From Pirellulales bacterium (lineage in GTDB: Bacteria; Planctomycetota; Planctomycetia; Pirellulales; PALSA-1355), in NCBI GenBank assembly GCA_963733035.1, contig CAVTBU010000006.1, positions 237,665 through 301,664 on the forward strand: a DNA stretch of 64,000 nucleotides, given 5' to 3'. The notes below the pieces were generated by a model that saw only the letters and a list, made by a program, of their open reading frames with translations, was not told where the DNA came from and did no database searches. Below are positions 56,933 through 64,000 of this stretch, piece by piece; the first letter of the stretch is position 1; each line of letters opens with the position of its first letter. The translations under genes were made by a program, and so were the position numbers.

Positions 56933-58051
56933 ATGATGAATTCCACACCCGATCCTTATGCAACCGACCCAGATGCCGTGCGGATGCGGCAGAAGCGGTT
57001 GCTGGACCTGATGCAAGAGAAGAAGCTGGACCTGGTGATCCTCACGCAACAGGCCCACGTTCAGTACTTCTGTGGACCGCGTTTTGCCTGGACGTTTTCG
57101 CCGGCCGTCGCCATCACCGACGACGGACGCGTGACGCTGGTGGGTCCTGAGCCGCCGGCGCGTGACGCCGTGGCCGACGACCTGCGAACCTATGAGGCTC
57201 AATCATTCTCGACACTTCGCAACGACCAGCGAAAGAAGTCGACAGACGTTCTGTTCGATGCGCTCGGCAAACGGGCCAGCGCGAAACGCATCGGTCTGGA
57301 GGCATCCTCGTGCGGGACGGAGGTTACCGGCCGTTTGTCGGCGGAACTGATCGATGTTGAATCGGATGTTTACTTCATGCGCCGCCGCAAGGATCCGGAC
57401 GAACTCGCCCGGCTGCGCAAAGCAATTGCAGGCACGGCGGCGATGCACGCCCGGGCGCGCGAGATGATCGAGCCGGGTGTCAACGAGTTGCATGTGTTCA
57501 GCGAACTGCAAGCCGCCGCCGTTGGCGAGTATGGTGAGATGCTAACCGGTACCGGCAACGATTATGCCTGTGGCGAGCGCGGCGGCGCCCCCCGCGATCG
57601 AAAGATCGAAGCCGGGGAACTGTACATCCTCGATCTCGGCCCAGCGTTTCGAGGTTATTTTGCCGACAACACGCGCGTGACTTGCGTGGGCGGGAGTCCA
57701 ACCGATGCCCAACTCGAAGCCTGGAACCACATTCTGCCGGTGTTTGAGATGGTCGAGCGCGAGGTGAAGCCGGGCAAACGGTGCCGCGAGTTGTTCGACG
57801 AGGCTCACGCCTGGTTGAACCAGAAACCGTGGGAGTTCGAACATCACCTGGGGCACGGAATCGGCCTGTTTCCCCACGAGGCTCCGCACTTAAATCCCTG
57901 TTGGGACGACACGTTCCAGGAAGGCGAGGTATTTGCCGTCGAACCGGGGCTCTATGGCGAACCGCTCCGCGCTGGCATCCGCCTGGAGAATAACTACCTG
58001 GTTACCAAGACCGGCGTGGAACTGTTGACGCCATTTCCGCTGGAGCTCTGA
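56933..58051 (+). CDS. M24-family Xaa-Pro aminopeptidase/creatinase-like peptidase
   Basis: HLGHGIGLFPHE and other metal-ligand motifs. Confidence 0.75.
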   Translation: MMNSTPDPYATDPDAVRMRQKRLLDLMQEKKLDLVILTQQAHVQYFCGPRFAWTFSPAVAITDDGRVTLVGPEPPARDAVADDLRTYEAQSFSTLRNDQRKKSTDVLFDALGKRASAKRIGLEASSCGTEVTGRLSAELIDVESDVYFMRRRKDPDELARLRKAIAGTAAMHARAREMIEPGVNELHVFSELQAAAVGEYGEMLTGTGNDYACGERGGAPRDRKIEAGELYILDLGPAFRGYFADNTRVTCVGGSPTDAQLEAWNHILPVFEMVEREVKPGKRCRELFDEAHAWLNQKPWEFEHHLGHGIGLFPHEAPHLNPCWDDTFQEGEVFAVEPGLYGEPLRAGIRLENNYLVTKTGVELLTPFPLEL

Positions 58052-58063
58052 TCGTTCGGAGAT

Positions 58064-58840
58064 CTATCGCCGGGCGAAGTTCATGGCCAGCATGTCGATC
58101 TGGCCCTTCAGGTCGGCGAGCAACAAGTTTGGGTTGGCGCCGTCGGCCATGTGCGAATAGAAGGCCTGCGACGCTGAGCCGTGGGTGACGCCGAGCATCG
58201 AGGTGGTATGCTCAAGCTGTCGGATTTGCGAGTCGAGTTGGCGAAGTTTCTGCACGGCGAAGCGGCTGTTGCGCCAGATCCGCTCGAGCTGCCAAACCAG
58301 ACCGACGAGAAACACGCCTCCACCCCCCGCAGCGATCGTCAAACCCAAGTTCCAGAGGTCGGGGCGGCCTTCAGACAGCGACCAGCCCAGCACGCCACCA
58401 CCCGCCACGAGCGTAAGTAGTCCCAACCACACGACGGAGTGCGCTACAAGACTGGAGCGTCTGGCCGGCCGGTCGGCGCGTCGTCGCCGTCGCGCCGTTT
58501 GCGGTCGTGGAATCGACATGTGCGGTGCGTCGAATCGCCATTGTGGCTGCCGACTGGCCTGCGGCTCGGCATGAGCCGCATGTCGACGCTGCCACGGTCC
58601 GAATCGTGCTTCAAGCGAACGCAGGTTCTGATCGAGCTCCCAATCCTCGTAGCTGCGCGTGCTGGCCGAGGGTCCGGTTTCCAGGTCAATGCCGACTTCC
58701 GCCGGGTGCCCCGAGTCGTGGGCGCCGGGCTCGGTATCGTCGTTGGAGACCAGACCCGCGCCGCAGCGACCGCAACGCATGCCCGACTGTCGGGGTGAGC
58801 GAATGCCGGGTGTATCCTGGCGACAGTTCTTGCACCACAT
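58064..58840 (-). CDS. Zinc-ribbon membrane protein, hypothetical
   Basis: CxxC..CxxC. Two TM helices. Confidence 0.45.
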   Translation of the reverse strand: MWCKNCRQDTPGIRSPRQSGMRCGRCGAGLVSNDDTEPGAHDSGHPAEVGIDLETGPSASTRSYEDWELDQNLRSLEARFGPWQRRHAAHAEPQASRQPQWRFDAPHMSIPRPQTARRRRRADRPARRSSLVAHSVVWLGLLTLVAGGGVLGWSLSEGRPDLWNLGLTIAAGGGGVFLVGLVWQLERIWRNSRFAVQKLRQLDSQIRQLEHTTSMLGVTHGSASQAFYSHMADGANPNLLLADLKGQIDMLAMNFARR

Positions 58841-59001
58841 AAGAGCGACTCGCGAAACGACGCACTAGCTTGACTAGTTGCCCAAGGGCTTTTTGGCCAT
58901 TCCATGCATCGGCGATTCGTCGTGGGGGAATGCAGCGAATTCGGCGACTTTTCCGGATTCGCGGAGCTTGCGGCTAGCTGTCAGGCGGTTGCTGGCAGGC
59001 C

Positions 59002-61137
59002 CTATTCGGCCGTTTCGTTTTCGGCCGGCGATTCACCTTGACCAATTGCTTGCCCCGGCTGGGCGTCCCTGGAGGCCGACGGTTCGGCAGCGCTTTTGGC
59101 AGCGGCCTCGCCGGAGGCGTTTTCCGCCACCGGGATGTTGGCAGCGGGGGCCTCGTACCACTGGCCGCGCAGCCAATCGGCGATCAGCTCAATTTCCCGC
59201 GCGTCGAGCAGGTTTTTTGACGGGTTGCCATCCTGTTCGGCAAACGCCGGCATGCGGTCGTTGGAGTCGGGATAGTAACGCGCGTGCGTCGGGTTGCTTA
59301 TCATGCCGATTAGCCACTCGCGCGAGCCGTAGCCGGTCAAATCGGGCGCCGTGCCCAATTCGCCGACATCGTGGAACTTATGGCACATCGTGCAGTTCTC
59401 TTCGTTGGCGATCAGTTCGCGACCAGCGGCGATTTTGCCGGCGTCCTCTTTGTCGGTTGCCTGCTGCGCTTTGAGTTGTGCTTCGGCCGACAAGGCAATC
59501 ACAACCTTCTGTACGTCCTCGGCCGGCCACTCGGTCATCGTATCTTTGACGAAGCCGGCCATTTCGCCTTCGGCATGTTCGGTGCCGCCGAAGTAGCTGA
59601 GTCCGGAAATCTGCTCGGGATTCAGCAGCCCCGTGATCCAATCCCGACTGGCAAAACCGTATAGATTTGGTGCCGTGGCTTTGGCAAGCACGGGTGATTC
59701 CGCCCCGGAAGGGGGCAAGTGCGTGTGGCAACTGGCACAATGCGCCGCGAACAGTTTGGGACCCTGCGTGCGGGGATCTTCACGTAAGAGGGTGATTGCG
59801 CCGGTCATCGGGATGCGGCCCGGCGCGGAGGCCAATTCAATGACTCGATGAGCCTCTTCGTCGGCGTTTTCGACGGCGGCCAGATACTCCTTCGACTTGC
59901 GGTAATGTTCGTACCTCCGAAATTGATGCTTGTAGTCGGCGATTTTGGCGGGGTCGTTCTGGAAATGTGCGACGATCTTTTTATCGTCGGTGCCCAACTC
60001 CTCGGCCAGTGGAGCGATCTCGGCGAATTGTTCCGGGTCGGTCCAATGGGCCTGATAATCCTCGCCGATCGCTTCGACGGTCAGATAAGCCACGCCGCAC
60101 ATCAGAATCAGCATCGTGGCGATATTGAACCGATGCCCTAACTTCCAGCGGCCGATGATCGGCATCAGAAACAGACCGCCCAGGATCAAGCTGGGGATCA
60201 CGACGGCACCGAGTAGTTCTCCTCGCTCCCCCCAGCCCTCGAAGAACTTGAGAAACTGAAACAGAAACAGGAAGTACCATTCCGGCCGCGCGGCGGAGTA
60301 TTGATTCGACGGGTCGGCTGGCGCGCCGAGTTCGGCGCCGGCAGTGGGACCAAGTGCGGCGCCTCCGTCAGGCGAGAACCAATCGAACGGATGCAGGCAC
60401 AGCACAAGCACCACGGTCAACACGGCCAGGCAGGCCACCGCGTCCTTGAGGACCTGGTCGGGCCAGAAATACGCGTCTGCAAACTTTGGCGGCTGCTTGC
60501 AGTGGATGCCGTGGCGGCGAAACAGCGCCACGTGCAGCACCAGAAAGAAGACCAGCGACGCAGGTAAGATGCCGGCGTGCAGCGCGAAGAACCGCGTGAG
60601 CGTGTGATGTCCGTAGTCGGCTCCGCCGACGACGATTTGCTGCAATTGCGGTCCGACGAGCGGTACCACGCCCAACAGGTTCGTCGCGACGCGCGTGGCC
60701 CAGTAGCCCTTTTGATCCCAGGGAAGCAGGTAGCCGGTGAGCGACAGGCCGAGCACGATCTGCATCAGGATCAGGCCCAGCCAGAAATTCACTTCGCGCG
60801 GCGCGCGATAAGCACCATCGATAACGACTTGCATCAAGTGCAAGGCCAACAGCACGACCATGGCCTGGGCCATGAAATGGTGCATGCCGCGCAGCAGCCA
60901 GCCCCCCTGAGTTTCGTACTGAATGTAGTACACGCTCTCCCAGGCCGTCTGAGCGCTGGGGCTGTAGTACATCCACAGGGCGAAGCCGGTCACGGCCTGG
61001 ACGAAGAACGCGAACACGAGCGTGCTGCCCCAAACGTAGCGCCAGCGGGCGCCGCCGGGTATGCGCTGGTAAAGCGCCTCGTGGACGAGATCGCGAATGC
61101 CAGTGCGGCTATCCAGCCAGTTGACGAGCGCCTTCAT
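59002..61137 (-). CDS. Cytochrome b (bc-complex) fused to C-terminal di-haem cytochrome c domains
   Basis: N-terminal cytochrome b pattern. Two CxxCH motifs. Confidence 0.8.
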   Translation of the reverse strand: MKALVNWLDSRTGIRDLVHEALYQRIPGGARWRYVWGSTLVFAFFVQAVTGFALWMYYSPSAQTAWESVYYIQYETQGGWLLRGMHHFMAQAMVVLLALHLMQVVIDGAYRAPREVNFWLGLILMQIVLGLSLTGYLLPWDQKGYWATRVATNLLGVVPLVGPQLQQIVVGGADYGHHTLTRFFALHAGILPASLVFFLVLHVALFRRHGIHCKQPPKFADAYFWPDQVLKDAVACLAVLTVVLVLCLHPFDWFSPDGGAALGPTAGAELGAPADPSNQYSAARPEWYFLFLFQFLKFFEGWGERGELLGAVVIPSLILGGLFLMPIIGRWKLGHRFNIATMLILMCGVAYLTVEAIGEDYQAHWTDPEQFAEIAPLAEELGTDDKKIVAHFQNDPAKIADYKHQFRRYEHYRKSKEYLAAVENADEEAHRVIELASAPGRIPMTGAITLLREDPRTQGPKLFAAHCASCHTHLPPSGAESPVLAKATAPNLYGFASRDWITGLLNPEQISGLSYFGGTEHAEGEMAGFVKDTMTEWPAEDVQKVVIALSAEAQLKAQQATDKEDAGKIAAGRELIANEENCTMCHKFHDVGELGTAPDLTGYGSREWLIGMISNPTHARYYPDSNDRMPAFAEQDGNPSKNLLDAREIELIADWLRGQWYEAPAANIPVAENASGEAAAKSAAEPSASRDAQPGQAIGQGESPAENETAE

Positions 61138-61790
61138 TGTTTGACGACTTTTTCGGCCTTGCCGGTGTAAAAGTTCTCGAACTTCACGAGGATTTCCGTC
61201 TGCTCGACTTGGCAGGGTAGCGAATCCATCGGCCGTGGGCTGGGGCTCGGCTCGATAATAGACCCGTCGACCGCGAACGAACTGTTATGACACGGACACT
61301 TGAACGTATTTGTCGCCCCGTCGTACGCCACGAAGCACCCGGCGTGCGGGCAGGTGGCTGTCAGGCAGCGCGGCTGCGACTCTCCCGGGAGCCGTCGCAG
61401 GTAGACTGCGCCGATCGGCTGGACCGATTCGTTCCAGGCGTCGATGCGTTCGGCCACAACCGGAAACTGTCGCGGGATGCCGTCGTCGGGAACGGCGCCC
61501 AAAGGGGCCACGGGAATGAAGCTGGCGCCCTTGGCCTTGCGACGGAGAGGATCGAGAAACACGGCCAAACCTGTGGCCGCAGGCACGATGGCAACCAAAC
61601 TGCCCACCAGGACGGCCGCGACGTGATTGAAGAATCCTCGCCGCTGCTCGGTGGAGGGTGTCGTGTGTTTGGTCGGCGGGGAAGCTGAACTGGCCATCGG
61701 GCGGGAGGCCTCCGATCTGCGTGGTTGCGAAGCCGCGGCTTCGCGTTGCGGTAGGACCGAGCCAGGGTTTGCTTTGGCGCGGCGCTTCAA
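61134..61790 (-). CDS. Rieske [2Fe-2S] iron-sulfur protein
   Basis: CPHAGC ... CPCHNS boxes. Confidence 0.8.
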   Translation of the reverse strand: MKRRAKANPGSVLPQREAAASQPRRSEASRPMASSASPPTKHTTPSTEQRRGFFNHVAAVLVGSLVAIVPAATGLAVFLDPLRRKAKGASFIPVAPLGAVPDDGIPRQFPVVAERIDAWNESVQPIGAVYLRRLPGESQPRCLTATCPHAGCFVAYDGATNTFKCPCHNSSFAVDGSIIEPSPSPRPMDSLPCQVEQTEILVKFENFYTGKAEKVVKQ

Positions 61791-61919
61791 TCAGGCGGGC
61801 AATGTTGGCGGGTGGACGGACGTGGTTTCTGTCACCTCCTGCGGGCGTGCCACGCTCCTTCAGCGGACTCGACACGTGAACAAAGCGCAGTCTGCGCCGT
61901 AACGCCATCCAAGTTTCAA

Positions 61920-62906
61920 TTATCGCATGGCTTTGCGCACAGCGTCAAGCACCAGGGATTGCGCTTCGGGCCAGGGGGCGTTTGTGAAAGCACCAGCCGC
62001 CGCTTTGTGGCCCCCACCGCCAAACCCTTTTGCCAATTCGTTGCAATCGACGTCCGCCGTTCGGCTGCGGAAACTAAGCTTGAATCCGCCGCTCTGTTGC
62101 TCGACAAGGATCACGGCCACTTGGGTGCCGGAGATCGCCAGGGTCATGTTGATGACGTCTTCCGTGTCGGAGGCAAGCGCGCCAGTCTCTTCGAAGTCCA
62201 CCTTTAGCGCAGCCGTATGTGCCAGCCGACCGTCGAGTTCTGTTTGCGTGCGAGCCAGGATGCGGCCACGCAATTGCAGTCGCGCGAGCGAATCCCGTTC
62301 GTAGAGCGCGGCATAGATCTCGCTGGGCACTGCGCCAGCTTCAATCAGGTCGCCGGCATAGCGCATCGTCAAGTCGCTTGTCGAACCAAAGCGGAACCAA
62401 CCAGTATCGGTGGCGATGGCCGCGAACAGGGGCCGCGCGATTTCGGGCGTGACTTTGACCCCGAGGTGCCTGGCGGCCTCCAGAACGAGGCGTCCGGTTG
62501 CTTCGGCCGAAGTGTTTTTGAAAAGCTCGGCTCCCAGGTCATCTTCTCCGACGTGATGATCGAGAATGGCCTTGTGCGCCTTGGTCGAGCGGACAACTTC
62601 GGCCATGGTGCCGAGTTGTGCCCAGGCGCTTGTATCAAGCACCATTACCACCTCGCAGCCTTCCAGGTGAAACGGTTCGATGTCGACGCCGAGCGTCTTG
62701 AGTTTGCGGTCCGGGTCGATGAACGCCAGATTGGGCGGTGTCGCCTGGGCGTTGACGATCAGTACGTCCTTGCCAAGCGCCTCGAGCACTCCAGCCATCC
62801 CCAATTCGCTTCCCAGCGCGTCGCAATCGGGGCGAATGTGGCTCGTCAGCAGGAAGCGATCGTGAGACCGGATCAGTTCAGTGAAGCGGGGCCAGGCAAT
62901 CGGCAT
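61920..62906 (-). CDS. DHH/DHHA1 phosphoesterase (NrnA-like nanoRNase/pAp phosphatase)
   Basis: DHH motif. GGGGHKAAAGA DHHA1 motif. Confidence 0.75.
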   Translation of the reverse strand: MPIAWPRFTELIRSHDRFLLTSHIRPDCDALGSELGMAGVLEALGKDVLIVNAQATPPNLAFIDPDRKLKTLGVDIEPFHLEGCEVVMVLDTSAWAQLGTMAEVVRSTKAHKAILDHHVGEDDLGAELFKNTSAEATGRLVLEAARHLGVKVTPEIARPLFAAIATDTGWFRFGSTSDLTMRYAGDLIEAGAVPSEIYAALYERDSLARLQLRGRILARTQTELDGRLAHTAALKVDFEETGALASDTEDVINMTLAISGTQVAVILVEQQSGGFKLSFRSRTADVDCNELAKGFGGGGHKAAAGAFTNAPWPEAQSLVLDAVRKAMR

Positions 62907-62978
62907 CGTCTCGCACGGGGTTTAGAGGAAGGGGCATCAGGGGACGAGCGAAAAGGCGAATCCGTGCCAGCCGCGCCG

Positions 62979-63992
62979 TCAGGCGGGAGACTCCCCGCCG
63001 AAGGAAAGCTTATCGGCCAACTCGTATTCTTGGAATGCCCGTCGGGCCTCGTCGACGTCGTTTTTTAATTGTCCAACGAGTTCTGCGACTCCGGCAAATT
63101 GCTGGATCCCTCGCAATCGGGCGAGAAAGTCGACTTCGAGTGCCTGGCCGTAGAGCGGCGAGCCGTCCCAGCCTACCAGGTGCACCTCGACCTTCATGGC
63201 CCCTTCGCCGAAGGTTGGATTCGGCCCCACGTTGATGGCCGCGGCGAGTCGGCGATTGTCCACCAACCCTCGGCCCGCATAGACACCGGGCCCGGGCAGC
63301 AGCGTGTCGATGGCGTCGAGATTGGCGGTGCCGAAACCGAGCTTCATGCCCCGCCCCGCGCCGTGTACGACCATGCCGCGGATACGGTAAGGTTGCGTGA
63401 GCAGTTGCCGGGCTTGGGCCACGTCTCCCTCCGCGAGGAGTCCACGGATCCGGGAACTGGACACATAGTCGCCGCCGACAACCAGCGGCTCGACCACGTC
63501 GAGGCTGATGCCGGCCGCGGACGTTAATTGCCGCAGGACGTCGATCGTACCGGCGCGATTGTGTCCGAAATAGAAATTGGGACCTTCGACCATCGCGCGA
63601 GCGTCGAGTTGCTTGCGGACAATTTGGTTGAAAAACTCCTCGGGCGAAAGCGAGAGCAATTGCTCGTCCGTTGGGTAGGCGATCACGGCGTCGATGCCCA
63701 GGTCGGCCAGCAGCCGCGCCTTGCGGTCGGTCCAAGTGAGCGGAGGGGGCGCATGCGCGGGACGCAGCAGGCGCACCGGATGGGGATCGAACGTGAACAC
63801 GAGCGCCGCACCGCCGAGGTCGCGCGCTTTCTCGATGACACGGTCGACGATCCGCGCGTGACCGAGGTGCACGCCGTCGAAATTGCCGATCGTGATCGCG
63901 CCTCCGCGAAGTTCGGCTGGCAGATCCGCAACTTGACGCAGGAGCTTCACGTGATGCGTCCGTCGAGTGGCATGGTCCAACGGCAAAATCAA
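62979..63992 (-). CDS. ribF: Bifunctional riboflavin kinase/FAD synthetase
   Basis: GNFDGVHLGH nucleotidyltransferase motif. C-terminal riboflavin kinase domain. Confidence 0.8.
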   Translation of the reverse strand: MILPLDHATRRTHHVKLLRQVADLPAELRGGAITIGNFDGVHLGHARIVDRVIEKARDLGGAALVFTFDPHPVRLLRPAHAPPPLTWTDRKARLLADLGIDAVIAYPTDEQLLSLSPEEFFNQIVRKQLDARAMVEGPNFYFGHNRAGTIDVLRQLTSAAGISLDVVEPLVVGGDYVSSSRIRGLLAEGDVAQARQLLTQPYRIRGMVVHGAGRGMKLGFGTANLDAIDTLLPGPGVYAGRGLVDNRRLAAAINVGPNPTFGEGAMKVEVHLVGWDGSPLYGQALEVDFLARLRGIQQFAGVAELVGQLKNDVDEARRAFQEYELADKLSFGGESPA

Positions 63993-64000
63993 ATTATGGG

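Noticed and set aside
1-64000. CRISPR arrays and rRNA genes
   Set aside because: No regularly spaced direct repeats with unique spacers and no rRNA-like conserved sequence were seen. The repeated sequences are tRNA paralogs, IS copies and segmental duplications.

Overview
High-GC window, most likely from a Planctomycetota-like chromosome; taxon is inferred only from composition and gene content. The left 40 kb is an accessory mosaic with an unusually high density of tRNA genes. (1) A ~4.5 kb plus-strand tRNA array (3792-8326) holds about 31 tRNA or tRNA-like genes. A smaller syntenic array (24526-25687) and scattered tRNA and pseudo-tRNA genes follow. Together they carry anticodons for all 20 amino acids, including non-canonical members. 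(2) Each array is preceded by a conserved ~300-nt terminator-ended candidate structured RNA that carries a conserved 9-codon uORF. (3) Each array is followed by an identical 1.81-kb IS110-family element copy. (4) A ~12 kb segment is bounded by ~130-bp inverted repeats containing a structured hairpin. Inward-facing paralogous toxin-like genes sit just inside each repeat; one is frameshifted at a C/G homopolymer tract and carries a PD-(D/E)xK-type C-terminus. (5) A tyrosine integrase lies next to tRNA-Glu(CTC), with a 335-bp direct repeat 25 kb away. Together these delimit an island-like region carrying kdpFABCDE, array 2, an IS copy, YbjN-like and SPFH duplicates, HNH, Mrr-like, PD-(D/E)xK, BrxL-like Lon and a P4-type primase. 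Several genes here show apparent frameshifts. The right ~24 kb is ordinary housekeeping chromosome (Ser/Thr kinase, hydrolases, csrA, surE, cytochrome b/c and Rieske, nrnA-like, ribF). No rRNA and no CRISPR array were seen. All tRNA anticodon calls come from manual folding and are provisional.
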